Below are positions 18,210 to 28,134 of a DNA stretch of 64,000 nt, piece by piece (position 1 is the stretch's first letter; each line of letters begins with the position of its first letter). The position numbers were made by a program, and so were the translations under genes. The notes under the pieces were generated by a model. The model searched no databases and was not told the origin of the DNA. It was given only the letters and a program-made list of their open reading frames with translations. Source of the stretch: Candidatus Thermofontivivens primus (GTDB lineage: Bacteria; Sysuimicrobiota; Sysuimicrobiia; Sysuimicrobiales; Thermofontiviventaceae); the NCBI GenBank assembly GCA_031458695.1, contig JAVKJW010000007.1:1-64000 (forward strand), written 5' to 3'.

Positions 18210-19352
18210 ATGCAGGGGTTCATCTCTCTCGATGACTTTGAAGATCTCTTCGTGAGCTTCTCCGGGAATGGATCCACCCCACGCGGTGGGTCAGGGTGCT
18301 GTGAGGGAGGTTCTCTCGGAATGCGAGAATCGTGGGGTTCACCGATGACCCGGCGGGGGTTCCTGGCCTGGCTCGCCCGGCTAGGGATTGGCGCCTGGAC
18401 CCTCTCGGCCCTCCCCCTCCCCGCTTTCGCCCAAGGTAGGCGAAAGATCAAGCTCGCATTCTGCAGCCAGCTTCTGTGCGTCATCCCTTATGAAATCGCC
18501 CGGAGCCAGGGCTATTACAAAGAAGAAGGGTTGGACGTCGAGCTCGTGTACATGCGCGGCGGGACCGCGGCAATGCAGGCGCTCGTGGGCGGTGCTGTGG
18601 ATTACGCAGCCACCTCCTTCGACGTGGCCCTTTCCGCTTTCGCTCGGGGGGCCAAGATCGTCCAATTCTTCAGCACGGGGCGACATCTGTTTATCCTTGC
18701 AACCTCCCCAAAAACAGCCGATCAAATTCGAACCCTTTCTGATTTGAAAGGACGGACCGTGGGGGTTGCCGCTCTTGGGACCGCCGACCATCTCCTCCTG
18801 GTTTACATCCTGCGGAAAGCAGGGATCAACCCTGAATCTGTCCGCTATGCTACCCTGGGTCCAAACCTGTTTGAGGCGCTGCGGGTTGGACATGTTGATG
18901 CGGGCATGGTTCAAGAGCCTGCGGCAACGCTGATCGAGCGGGCTGGGGGTAGGACCTTGGTCAATCCCATGGACCCCAAGCATGCCCAAAAGTATCTGGG
19001 CAACCCATACTTCCAATTCATGGGGGTTTCGGTTCGGCGGGAAGAGTGGGAGGCCCGCAAGGAGGAGATGCGGGCGCTGGCTCGGGCGCTCACCCGGGCG
19101 CTCCGCTATCTCAACTATGGGACCCCGAAACTCTTGGCCGATGCTCTCCCTAAGGAGCTGGTCATTGGCGGAGACCGGGCGCTCCTCGAGCAGATCCTCA
19201 TCAAGTACCGTGGCTCCCTGTATCCGCGGGATGGGCGCATCCGTCTCGATGATGCAAAACGCGTCCAGGAGGCTCAGCGCCAGGCAGGGGTTTTGGAACG
19301 GGAGGTGGACCTCCGTCAACTTGTGACCAACGCCATTGTGGAAAGCCTATGA
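18210..19352 (+). CDS. NitT/TauT (SsuA/NMT1-like) ABC substrate-binding protein with Tat signal
   Basis: TRRGFL twin-arginine motif, CSQLLC, GYYKEEGLDVEL, DLKGRTVGV; alternative start ATG about 18345. Confidence 0.85.
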   Translation: MQGFISLDDFEDLFVSFSGNGSTPRGGSGCCEGGSLGMRESWGSPMTRRGFLAWLARLGIGAWTLSALPLPAFAQGRRKIKLAFCSQLLCVIPYEIARSQGYYKEEGLDVELVYMRGGTAAMQALVGGAVDYAATSFDVALSAFARGAKIVQFFSTGRHLFILATSPKTADQIRTLSDLKGRTVGVAALGTADHLLLVYILRKAGINPESVRYATLGPNLFEALRVGHVDAGMVQEPAATLIERAGGRTLVNPMDPKHAQKYLGNPYFQFMGVSVRREEWEARKEEMRALARALTRALRYLNYGTPKLLADALPKELVIGGDRALLEQILIKYRGSLYPRDGRIRLDDAKRVQEAQRQAGVLEREVDLRQLVTNAIVESL

Positions 19353-20131
19353 ACGCCTTGGAGATCCGAAACCTCACCGTCTCCTACGGAAACTCCCCAG
19401 TGCTCGAGGACCTGAGCCTGGAGATCCCTGAGGGGAGTTTTGTGAGCCTCGTGGGCCCTTCTGGATGCGGGAAGAGCACGTTGCTTCGGACGATTGCGGG
19501 GCTTCTCTCCCCCATGGAAGGGGAGATCTACTTATTCGGAAGGGCCGTGAATGGCCCTTCTCCCGATGTGGGGTTCTTGTTCCAAGAGGATGCGCTTCTC
19601 CCCTGGAGGACCGTCGCGGAAAACGTCGCCCTGGGATTGCGGTTCCGGGGTCTCCCAAACGAGTATGTAGCCCGCACGGTGGAGGAGTGGCTGCGCCGCG
19701 TAGGGCTCCTCGCCTTCCGCGACTCCTACCCTCATGAGCTCTCCGGGGGGATGAAGAAGCGGGCCTCTCTCGCCCAGGTGCTCGCTCCCCGGCCCCGCAT
19801 CCTCCTCATGGACGAGCCCTTCGCCAGCCTCGATGCCATTGTGCGGAACATCCTGGAGGCAGACTTCCTGAACCTCGTCCGGGAGGAGGGACTCACCGCC
19901 CTCCTCGTGACCCACGACCTGGAGGAGGCCATTGTCCTCTCAGAGCAGGTTGCCTTGATGTCCGCGGGGCCCAGCGCGCGGATCCGTAGGATCTATAAGG
20001 TCCCCTTCCCCTATCCCAGGGACCTCGTCCAGGTAAAGGGCGACCCTACCTTCGGCCGCTTGCTCCAGCAGATCTGGAGCGATCTCCAGGAGGAGGTCTC
20101 TCGCATGGGCTGGGAGGTGGTGCGGCATTGA
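19349..20131 (+). CDS. NitT/TauT ABC ATP-binding protein
   Basis: GPSGCGKST, LLPWRTV, LSGGM, LLMDEPF. Confidence 0.93.
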   Translation: MNALEIRNLTVSYGNSPVLEDLSLEIPEGSFVSLVGPSGCGKSTLLRTIAGLLSPMEGEIYLFGRAVNGPSPDVGFLFQEDALLPWRTVAENVALGLRFRGLPNEYVARTVEEWLRRVGLLAFRDSYPHELSGGMKKRASLAQVLAPRPRILLMDEPFASLDAIVRNILEADFLNLVREEGLTALLVTHDLEEAIVLSEQVALMSAGPSARIRRIYKVPFPYPRDLVQVKGDPTFGRLLQQIWSDLQEEVSRMGWEVVRH

Positions 20132-20976
20132 GGCGTGCCCTAGCCTTGGTTTTCTTCCTACTGGTCTGGGAGGGTGCATCCAGGATGGGGTGGGTGAACC
20201 CCTTGTTCGCCCCGCCTCCTACACGCATCGCGACAGTGCTCTTCGAGCTCCTGGCGAGCGCGCAGACCTGGGCTCATTTCTGGACCACCATGCTCGAGGC
20301 GCTCGGGGGGTTGGTGATTGGCGTAGTTGCGGGGAGCCTCCTCGGCCTTGCCGCGAGTGTAGTCAGGCCCGTGGCCGACCTCCTGGAGCCCGCCATGGCT
20401 TTGCTGAACGCTATCCCCCGCATCGTCCTCGCGCCCTTGTTCGTCATCTGGTTCGGCATCGGCATTGCCTCGAAGATTGCCCTGAGCTTCCTGCTGGTCG
20501 CGGTGGTGATCTTCTTCGCCGTGTATTCGGGGATCCGGGAGGTCGATCCTCGCTTGGTCGACAGGATCCTCACCCTCGGGGGAAGGAGAATGGACCTCGT
20601 GCGAGAGGTGTACCTCCCCTCTCTCGCTGCCTGGTTGTTTGGGGGACTCAAAGTGGCGACGGGGTTTGCGTTCACAGGGGCGGTGGTTGGCGAGTTTGTG
20701 GCGTCGAGCCGGGGGCTAGGATACCTGCTTTCGTTTGCGCAGAGTACCTACAACGCTTCCCTGACCATGGCCTTGATCGTCCTCGTGGTCAGCGTCGTAC
20801 TGGGGATCTTCTCTGGGTTCGAGCGGTTGGAGCGCAGGGTCTTCCGGTGGAAACCAGCACTTCGACAGAAACAGACGACCGGGCTCCGCGATCTCCTTGC
20901 ACGTAAGCGCCAGAGAACAATCCCAGCGATGGCGGCCCGGATATCAGGGAGAAGCCAGCCTGGGCCTAGATCCTAA
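20128..20976 (+). CDS. NitT/TauT ABC permease
   Basis: IPRIVLAPLFVIWFGIG, GAVVGEF, GLGYL. Confidence 0.92.
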   Translation: MRRALALVFFLLVWEGASRMGWVNPLFAPPPTRIATVLFELLASAQTWAHFWTTMLEALGGLVIGVVAGSLLGLAASVVRPVADLLEPAMALLNAIPRIVLAPLFVIWFGIGIASKIALSFLLVAVVIFFAVYSGIREVDPRLVDRILTLGGRRMDLVREVYLPSLAAWLFGGLKVATGFAFTGAVVGEFVASSRGLGYLLSFAQSTYNASLTMALIVLVVSVVLGIFSGFERLERRVFRWKPALRQKQTTGLRDLLARKRQRTIPAMAARISGRSQPGPRS

Positions 20977-21115
20977 AGATAGCGGAAAGGCCGACGATCC
21001 GGCGATCGGAGTTCCCCCAAGTTCCATTGCCACGCCTGTCGAACCACGAGGTCCCCCGCTGCACTTGTCAGGGGTGGCCATGACAGCAAATCTCTGGGGA
21101 AAGAGGGAGAGACCA

Positions 21116-21144
21116 TTGACAGGAGGGCGATGGCCACCTATGAT
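21116..21144 (+). promoter_or_regulatory. Sigma70 promoter for the LysO-like genes
   Basis: TTGACA-N17-TATGAT. Confidence 0.7.
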
Positions 21145-21175
21145 CCCTGGTAGTTGAAATGGGAGGAGGAAAGAG

Positions 21176-21445
21176 ATGTGGGCGCTCGTCGTGCCCTTCC
21201 TTGTGGGGGTCCTCATTGGGTGGAAGAATACGCAAACGGTGGCTCTTGACCGCCTCCTGGATTCTGTGATCCTCACCACCCTCTTCCTGCTCCTCCTCGT
21301 GATGGGAGCTAAGCTTGGAAGCGATCCCCATGTGATGGCGCAGCTTCAGGAGATGGGGGTGCAGGCAATCACCATTGCTGCTTTTTCTGTTGCCGGAAGC
21401 GTCTTAGCGGTACGGTTCCTCCTTCGCGGGTGGCTACGGGGATAA
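21176..21445 (+). CDS. LysO/DUF340 family small membrane protein (N-terminal half)
   Basis: LLLLVMGAKLG, three TMs, AGGAGG RBS. Confidence 0.75.
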   Translation: MWALVVPFLVGVLIGWKNTQTVALDRLLDSVILTTLFLLLLVMGAKLGSDPHVMAQLQEMGVQAITIAAFSVAGSVLAVRFLLRGWLRG

Positions 21446-21449
21446 GGCG

Positions 21450-22046
21450 ATGGGGCTGTTCGTGGCGGCAGCTGTCATTGCTGGCGTATTCCTCGGGCAC
21501 ACTGAAGCGATCCCACCCAGTCTCGTGCGATTGATCGATCCTCTGACGACCTACCTCCTGGGCATCCTCCTGTTTTGCATTGGAATCCAGATTGGAGGGA
21601 ACCGCCAGGCCTGGCAAGTGCTGCAAAAATACAGGTTCCGTGTTCTCCTCCTCCCCGTCGCGATTGCGGCGGGGAGCCTCGCCGGCGCGCTCCTCGCTGG
21701 CGTCCTGCTCCAGATGCCTCTTATGCAAGCCGGTGCCGTTGGCGCGGGGTTTGGCTGGTACAGCTTTTCGGCCGTGCTTCTCTCTAAGCTCCACAGCCCA
21801 CAACTGGGCGCTTTGGCTTTTCTCGCCAACGTCCTGCGGGAGCTCCTGGCGATGGTGTTCACGCCTTACGTCGCGCGTTACGTGGGCAAAATCGCGGCAG
21901 TGGCGCCAGGCGGCGCCACGACCATGGACGTGACCCTCCCCATTGTGGCTAGGTCCGCCGGGGAAGACGCTGCGGTGCTTGCCTTCCTCAGCGGGGCCGT
22001 CCTCTCCCTCCTCGTCCCCCTTTTGGTCCCCTTATTCGTGTTGTGA
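21450..22046 (+). CDS. Lysine exporter LysO family protein
   Basis: GFGWYSFS, FLANVLRE, GGATTMDVTLP. Confidence 0.88.
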   Translation: MGLFVAAAVIAGVFLGHTEAIPPSLVRLIDPLTTYLLGILLFCIGIQIGGNRQAWQVLQKYRFRVLLLPVAIAAGSLAGALLAGVLLQMPLMQAGAVGAGFGWYSFSAVLLSKLHSPQLGALAFLANVLRELLAMVFTPYVARYVGKIAAVAPGGATTMDVTLPIVARSAGEDAAVLAFLSGAVLSLLVPLLVPLFVL

Positions 22047-22057
22047 ACCGCTTCGCG

Positions 22058-22099
22058 GCAGGGTGGAGGAGGAGCTCGGGAGCCCCTCCTCCACCCTGC
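22058..22099. terminator. Strong hairpin between convergent genes (probable bidirectional terminator)
   Basis: 14-bp GCAGGGTGGAGGAG/CTCCTCCACCCTGC stem; no clear U-tract. Confidence 0.55.
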
Positions 22100-22104
22100 T
22101 GGGT

Positions 22105-23031
22105 CTACCGGAAGATGGAGCGGGGAAGATAGGCCGAGACCACCCAGTTCGGCGCATCGACGACTTCGCTGATGCGCAGGTCCACGGCCACGCTACACAG
22201 GGCATAGGCCAGCGGAGGCTCGAGCCCGTACTCCTTGCCCAGGTAGTCGATCATGTCCCGCACGGCGTCCTTTGCCGCCTGCATCAAATCGGGAGCGATC
22301 CCCGTGGTGACGTAGTATCCCTTCCCGTCGAGGTGACGGGTCGGGGCGTCGGGGATGAAGAACTGCGGTCGGCGGAGCCCCGCCCCTTTCACGAGGTCGA
22401 AGCGGAGGCGGATCCGCATGGGTGATTCGATGGCCGTCCCGCACACCTCGCCGTCTCCTTGCGCAGCGTGGGTGTCCCCGACGGAGAAGAGACCACCTGG
22501 AACCCGCACCGGGAGGGAGAGGCGCGCACCGCGCGTGAGATCCCGGATGTCCATGTTCCCACCCACCTCGCGCGGTGGGACGACAGAGTGGAGGCCAGGC
22601 TCCGCCGGGGCGAGGCCGATCGTGCCGGGGAAGGGTTTCACGGGGATGCGGATCTCTTCCGTGAAGTACACGCCGTTGGCATCGTACCGGGAGATGTGCA
22701 GGAACGGCTCGGGGAAATCTGAAGCGAGGAGCCCGAATCCTGGGATGATCGCAGTCCACCCCCACCCGCTCCCTTCGAGCTCGAGGATCTCCACGACGAC
22801 CGCATCTCCCGGCTGCGCTCCCTCGACGAAGACTGGGCCGGTAACCGGGTTGACGCGAGCGAAGTCCAGCCTCGCGACATCCGCCACTGTGGATGTGGCG
22901 CTGAGCTGGCCCCCTGATGCGTCCATGACTTCAAACTCCACCTCCTCCCCTGGGGAGACGTGGAGGACAGGGGGGATGTTGTTGTCCCAGCCAAAGTGGT
23001 GATTCGCTTGATGAATTGTCCGGTAGCTCAT
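22105..23031 (-). CDS. Acetamidase/formamidase family protein
   Basis: NPVTGPVFVEGAQPGD, GGNMD, GDTHAAQGDGEVCGTAIE. Confidence 0.93.
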   Translation of the reverse strand: MSYRTIHQANHHFGWDNNIPPVLHVSPGEEVEFEVMDASGGQLSATSTVADVARLDFARVNPVTGPVFVEGAQPGDAVVVEILELEGSGWGWTAIIPGFGLLASDFPEPFLHISRYDANGVYFTEEIRIPVKPFPGTIGLAPAEPGLHSVVPPREVGGNMDIRDLTRGARLSLPVRVPGGLFSVGDTHAAQGDGEVCGTAIESPMRIRLRFDLVKGAGLRRPQFFIPDAPTRHLDGKGYYVTTGIAPDLMQAAKDAVRDMIDYLGKEYGLEPPLAYALCSVAVDLRISEVVDAPNWVVSAYLPRSIFR

Positions 23032-24635
23032 TTCACCACCCTCACCTCATCGTAGTGCACGGGGATGTGGATGGGATCCACGAAGATCCCCTTGGCCCCA
23101 CCCACGCGGGCTGAATGCATCGTGTAGCGCTTCTCGTGGAAGATGGGGATCCAGGGGGCATCCTGCATGATCGCCCGGTAGATCTTCCGGTATCGCTCGG
23201 CACGCTCACCCTCCTGGCCTGGTTGGACGAGCGCATCGGCCTCCTCAGCGAGTTTCTCCAGTTCCTTGTTGCAGTACCAGGCCCAGTTCCATCCGCCCGG
23301 CGCGGCGCTGGCGCAGGAGAGAATGGGCCAGTAAAAGTTATTGGGATCAGGATAATCGGCGATCCACGCCATCCCGCCAGACCAGATGAGAGGTGCCTCC
23401 CCCTTGCCTCCCGCCTCGATGACGGTGCTCTGCGCCAGGGTCTTCAGCTCGACCTTGATCCCGATCTTGGCGAGATCCTGCTGGATGGCCTGGGCGATGC
23501 GAGGGTTGGGGTCGGTGTTGTTGGCATAGAGGACAGTGGAGAACCCATTGGGATACCCTGCCTCGGCGAGGAGCTTCTTTGCGCCTGCGGGGTCATAGGG
23601 GTATCCTTTGTACGCCTTATCGTATCCGGGCATCAACGGCGGCAGGATCTGGACTGCAGGGACTGCGCGGCCGTTGATGATGCGGATGATCCGTTCCTTG
23701 TCAATGGCCATGTTCATGGCCCTGCGGACGCGCACGTCGCTGAGGGGTTTCATCCGCGTGTTGATGGTCACGTATCCCGTATGGAGCTGGTCCCCGACTT
23801 CGACGAGTTTCTTCCACTGGGGATCCTGCATGATCTGGACGAACCGCGCCGGCGGGATCCCATCCCCCAGGACATCGACCTCCCCGCGCTGCAACCGGAG
23901 GAGGGCCACATTCGGGTCCACCCCGACCTGGAAGACGATCTCATCGACGAGGGGGCGTCCCTTGATGAAGTAGTCGGGATTGCGCACGAGCACGACGCGT
24001 TGCCCCAGAACCCACTCCTTCAGCTTGAACGCGCCCGTCCCCACGGGTTTGTGGCCGAAGTCGGCACCCGCCTTTTCCACCTCCTCCTTGGGGACGACGT
24101 GGGCGAAGTTCAGCGCCATGGTGTGGAGGAACGCAGCGTTGGGCTTGGTGAGGGTGATCTGGAGGGTGTACTTGTCCAAGACCTTGATGCCGCTGACTTC
24201 CTTTGCCTTCCCGCTCGCGAATTCCTCGGCGCCCTGGATGTTCCCGTAGAAGCCCGCGCCAGGGCTCTGCGTCTTGGGATTCAAGACGCGCTCCAGGGTG
24301 TACTTGAAGTCTTTTGCCTCCACCTCACGCCCGTTGTGGAATTTGACCCCTCTGCGCAGCTTAAAGGTGTAGGACTTCCCGTCCTTGGAGACGGAGTAGG
24401 ACTCGGCGAGGTGCGGGACGAGCTTTGTCGTCCCTGGCTCGTAGTCCATGAGGCCATCGAAGATCGATTTGATGATGGACCAGTTCTGCCAGTCATAGCC
24501 AATGGCCGGATCCAGCGTGCTCACGTCGTCCTTGAAGGTCACGACCACCGTCCTGCTCGTCTGAGCGGGAGCGGTTTGAACGAGGGAAATTCCGAGAGCA
24601 AGAACAAGGAACAGCACCCATCCTCTCACGCGCAT
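23028..24635 (-). CDS. Peptide/nickel ABC substrate-binding protein (family 5)
   Basis: Signal peptide, LDPA, FKLRRGVKFHNG, PVGTGAF, WIADYPDP. Confidence 0.93.
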   Translation of the reverse strand: MRVRGWVLFLVLALGISLVQTAPAQTSRTVVVTFKDDVSTLDPAIGYDWQNWSIIKSIFDGLMDYEPGTTKLVPHLAESYSVSKDGKSYTFKLRRGVKFHNGREVEAKDFKYTLERVLNPKTQSPGAGFYGNIQGAEEFASGKAKEVSGIKVLDKYTLQITLTKPNAAFLHTMALNFAHVVPKEEVEKAGADFGHKPVGTGAFKLKEWVLGQRVVLVRNPDYFIKGRPLVDEIVFQVGVDPNVALLRLQRGEVDVLGDGIPPARFVQIMQDPQWKKLVEVGDQLHTGYVTINTRMKPLSDVRVRRAMNMAIDKERIIRIINGRAVPAVQILPPLMPGYDKAYKGYPYDPAGAKKLLAEAGYPNGFSTVLYANNTDPNPRIAQAIQQDLAKIGIKVELKTLAQSTVIEAGGKGEAPLIWSGGMAWIADYPDPNNFYWPILSCASAAPGGWNWAWYCNKELEKLAEEADALVQPGQEGERAERYRKIYRAIMQDAPWIPIFHEKRYTMHSARVGGAKGIFVDPIHIPVHYDEVRVVK

Positions 24636-24662
24636 TCCCTACCTCCTCCCTTCTTGTGGTTC

Positions 24663-25583
24663 TTATTCATAGCGAATGCGGGGGTCCAGAAACGGGTATA
24701 GCAAGTCGGCCAGCAGGTTCCCGGACAAGATCGCAAGCGCGGAGACGATGACCACCCCCATGATCACCGGGATATCCACGATCTGGATGGCCTGCCAGGC
24801 GAGCTGCCCGATCCCCGGCCAGCCGAACACCGACTCGACCACGACGACGCCCCCCATGAACGTGCCGATGTCCAGGCCGACCATGGAGACGACCGGGAGC
24901 AGGGCATTGCGCAGGGCGTGTTTGAGCACTACCTTCCCCCTTGGAAGCCCCTTCCCCCGGGCTGTCCTCACATAGTCCTGGTCGAGGACATCGACGAGAG
25001 AAGACCGGATCATGCGTGCATACCACCCCCCTCCCGCAATCCCGAGTGTGAACGCAGGCAGGATTACATGCGCAAATGAGCCATATCCTCCCAGCGGGAA
25101 CAAACCCCATCGAAAGGCAAGGACATACAAGAGGAGCAAGCCCACAGCGAACTGTGGAGCTGAGACTCCTGCGAACGCCCCCACCATGATCAGCCGGTCG
25201 GCTAACGAGCCACGGCGCAACGCCGCGAACACACCTGCAGGGAACCCAATGAGCAGCTCGAACCCGATCCCGGCCACCATGAGGTAGGCCGTGGCAGCAA
25301 GCCTGGAGGAGAGGAGATCACGTACCTCGATCTTTTGCGCATAGGACCTGCCGAGGTCGCCGCGGACCAGGCGCGCAACGTACTGGAGATACTGGATGGG
25401 AACTGGCTGATCCAGCCCGAGCTCTGCACGGATGCGGTTGACCGTTTCGATGGTCGCGCTCCTCCCAGCGATCATGCGGGCCGGATCCGCAGGAAGGATG
25501 AACAGGAGGAAGAAGGTCAACAGGGTCACCCCGAAGAGAACTAGGCAAGATTGCGCGAGCCTTCCAGCCAAGTAGCGGATCAT
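24663..25583 (-). CDS. Peptide ABC permease (DppB/OppB-like)
   Basis: GDLGRSY, DYVRTARGKGL, HALRNA, ESVFGWPGIG; start at MIRYL. Confidence 0.92.
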   Translation of the reverse strand: MIRYLAGRLAQSCLVLFGVTLLTFFLLFILPADPARMIAGRSATIETVNRIRAELGLDQPVPIQYLQYVARLVRGDLGRSYAQKIEVRDLLSSRLAATAYLMVAGIGFELLIGFPAGVFAALRRGSLADRLIMVGAFAGVSAPQFAVGLLLLYVLAFRWGLFPLGGYGSFAHVILPAFTLGIAGGGWYARMIRSSLVDVLDQDYVRTARGKGLPRGKVVLKHALRNALLPVVSMVGLDIGTFMGGVVVVESVFGWPGIGQLAWQAIQIVDIPVIMGVVIVSALAILSGNLLADLLYPFLDPRIRYE

Positions 25584-26542
25584 AGGGCCTTCACCTGCCT
25601 CGGATCGAACGCATCCCTCAAGCCTTCCCCAAGGAGGTTGAAGGCAAGCGAGGTAAGCAAGATCGCCACTCCCGGGAAGGCCACTAGCCAAGGAGCATCG
25701 AGAAAATAGGACTGGCTCTCGTTGATAATCCCGCCCCAGCTGGGAGTGGGGGGACGCACGCCCACCCCGAGGAAGGAGAGGGAGGCTTCGAACAGGACCG
25801 TCGTGGAGATCCCCAGTGTCCCCCAGACGAGCATCGTAGACCATAGGTGGGGGAAGATGTGCCGGAAGAGGACCCTTGAGGAGGATGCACCGACCGCCCT
25901 GGCGGCCTCCACGAACTCCTTCTGCGATAGGGAGAGCGTCTGGCTGTAGACCACCCTAGCGACCCACACCCAGTTCACCAAGCAAATCACGAGCGCCACA
26001 ATCCACAGGCTCGGCCGGAGGATGGCCGCCAGGGCGATGGCCAGGACCAGGGCGGGGAAGGCCATCATCAGGTCAGTAAACCGCATGAACAGGATCCCCA
26101 CCCACCCTCGGAAATACCCTGCGAGGATCCCTAGCCCTGTGCCAATCGCCAGTGCAGCCCCGTTCGCCACAACCCCCACGAGGAGGGAGATCCTGGCCCC
26201 ATAGATCATCCGGGAGAGGAGATCTCGGCCTAGGAGGTCTGTCCCCAGGAGGAACCGGCCTCCAGGGGGGAGAGGCCTGCCATCAGGAGTCAGGCCATCA
26301 GGGAACTGGGTGGCTGGGTCAAAGGGCGCAAGGTACGGCGCGAACAGAGCCACCACCACCACGACCAGAACAACCACAAGCCCGCCCATCGCCACGGGAT
26401 TCCTGCGCAGGCGATCCCAAGGCGTCCTCCGGGGTTGAGCCACGCGGGGGGCAGACTCTAGCTCCTGGGCTTCAGAAGTCACGGAGGCCGAATCCCTGGA
26501 AACTTGGCGGACGGTGTGGTTGCTCAACGCCGCTCCCCCCAA
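25580..26542 (-). CDS. Peptide ABC permease (DppC/OppC-like)
   Basis: LGTDLLGRD, FVEAARAVGA, LSFLGVG, PSWG. Confidence 0.92.
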   Translation of the reverse strand: MGGAALSNHTVRQVSRDSASVTSEAQELESAPRVAQPRRTPWDRLRRNPVAMGGLVVVLVVVVVALFAPYLAPFDPATQFPDGLTPDGRPLPPGGRFLLGTDLLGRDLLSRMIYGARISLLVGVVANGAALAIGTGLGILAGYFRGWVGILFMRFTDLMMAFPALVLAIALAAILRPSLWIVALVICLVNWVWVARVVYSQTLSLSQKEFVEAARAVGASSSRVLFRHIFPHLWSTMLVWGTLGISTTVLFEASLSFLGVGVRPPTPSWGGIINESQSYFLDAPWLVAFPGVAILLTSLAFNLLGEGLRDAFDPRQVKAL

Positions 26543-28134
26543 CGCATACGCTTAGCCACGAGATAGTAGCAAAGGCCTCCTATGAGCACCATGGCAATGA
26601 ACCCAAGGGAACTGGCGGAGTTCGCGCCGTACCGGGAATCGAGGAGGTAATACCCATCGACCACGCCGACCAGGCCGAGTGTTCCAATCCCAAGCAGGGA
26701 AAGGAGGGGAACCCCAGCGACCTTCCAGCCAGCGGGTGAGGCCGCAAAGAGTTGGGGCCTCCGGTACGGCAGGATAGCAGCGCTCAGCCCAACCATGGCA
26801 ACGGAAAGGGTCAACGCCAGGATGCTGCTGAGGAGGCGAAGGGAGGGGGAGAAGGTGAGGATCGCCAGGAAGGCTTCGGAGGCGAGGCACACGGCGAGAA
26901 TCGCAGGAAGCGGGGAGCGGAGCCGTGGGTGGATGTGCCCCAGGATAGGCGGAACGTACCCGTCCGATGCCCAGGACAGGAGGATGCGGGAGTTGTTGAT
27001 CATGTTCTGGGCCATATACATCCAGCCCATGCACAGGAATCCTATCCCGGCCACTAGGAGCAACACCGGGTTCTGGATCAGGAGGTAGGTGAGATCGCTG
27101 AAGTAAGGATGAAGGGGGAGCGCATGCGCATCGGAGCCCTGGGTTGCCAGGGCTACAAGGAGCTCGGGACCGGCCACATGGAGCAGGAGGCCCCCAAGCA
27201 GGACCGTGATCACCGAGACGAAGAAGAGAGCTCCGAGCATTCCCCAGATCTGGCTGCGCTGGACCTCCTTCAACTCCGGGGTGATGAACGCACTCCCAAT
27301 CGTCCAAGGAAGCACAAGGAACGCCGCAGGGATCACCGCGAGAATGGAACGGAGGGAACCGGGAGTGTATACCAGGCCGTCCCGCACCCGCGCGATCACC
27401 TCGTGGTAAGGGTCGGGGGAATTGAGGAGCGGGCCCAGGGCCTCGTTGAAACGCATCACGAACGCTTCATGGCTTGTGCTCCCCAGGGTGATCATCATGA
27501 CCACAGTAGCGAGGACAGCAACAAAGAACGTCCACCGCTGCGCATGCAGGAAAAAGGCGAGGCCCAGGCTGACGAGGAACGCGACGCCCAAGATCACTAC
27601 GGTCCCAATCAGGAACGTAACGGGAGGGTTAGCGATCCAGCGGGAAACCTCGAGGAAGCCGGGAGCCTGGAGAGCAAGCCCTAGGGCGGTGAGGAGCCCT
27701 GAGAGTCCCACGGTGACGAAGGAGTAGGCTCCAAATCCGATCCAGAAGCACAGCCAGAAGACCCAGTTCCAGCTCGACAGAAAGCCAACGGCGGGATGCA
27801 GCACCCGCCCCACGTACATGTAGTCACCCCCGAAGCGGGGAATCGTGATGGACATGAGGGCGTAGGTACCGACTGGGAAAATTGCCACAATCGCCGTCGC
27901 GAGGATCCCGGGAATGAGGTCCCCCGGAGGCGCAACAGATAAGGCAGTCACGTACAGGAAGACCAGAGCCAGAAAGAACGATGTGAAGTAGACATTGTAG
28001 ATGAATACATCGAGGGTGTGTGCGGCCCAGGGGTACGCCCTGGTCGCCCGGGAGGCCAAGGCGAGTGAGAGGCTCGGCTTCCCGGTCCGGAAGAGAGAGG
28101 TCCGGTTCTGGGCCAATCGCCTGACCTCAAGCAT
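26524..28134 (-). CDS. APC family amino acid/amine permease
   Basis: About 12 TMs, PRFGGDYMYV, SRILLSWASDG. Confidence 0.85.
   Translation of the reverse strand: MLEVRRLAQNRTSLFRTGKPSLSLALASRATRAYPWAAHTLDVFIYNVYFTSFFLALVFLYVTALSVAPPGDLIPGILATAIVAIFPVGTYALMSITIPRFGGDYMYVGRVLHPAVGFLSSWNWVFWLCFWIGFGAYSFVTVGLSGLLTALGLALQAPGFLEVSRWIANPPVTFLIGTVVILGVAFLVSLGLAFFLHAQRWTFFVAVLATVVMMITLGSTSHEAFVMRFNEALGPLLNSPDPYHEVIARVRDGLVYTPGSLRSILAVIPAAFLVLPWTIGSAFITPELKEVQRSQIWGMLGALFFVSVITVLLGGLLLHVAGPELLVALATQGSDAHALPLHPYFSDLTYLLIQNPVLLLVAGIGFLCMGWMYMAQNMINNSRILLSWASDGYVPPILGHIHPRLRSPLPAILAVCLASEAFLAILTFSPSLRLLSSILALTLSVAMVGLSAAILPYRRPQLFAASPAGWKVAGVPLLSLLGIGTLGLVGVVDGYYLLDSRYGANSASSLGFIAMVLIGGLCYYLVAKRMRWGERR

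Noticed and set aside
23115..24701. 528-aa plus-strand ORF
   Set aside because: Antisense shadow of the peptide-binding protein gene, typical of high-GC codon bias; no recognisable motifs
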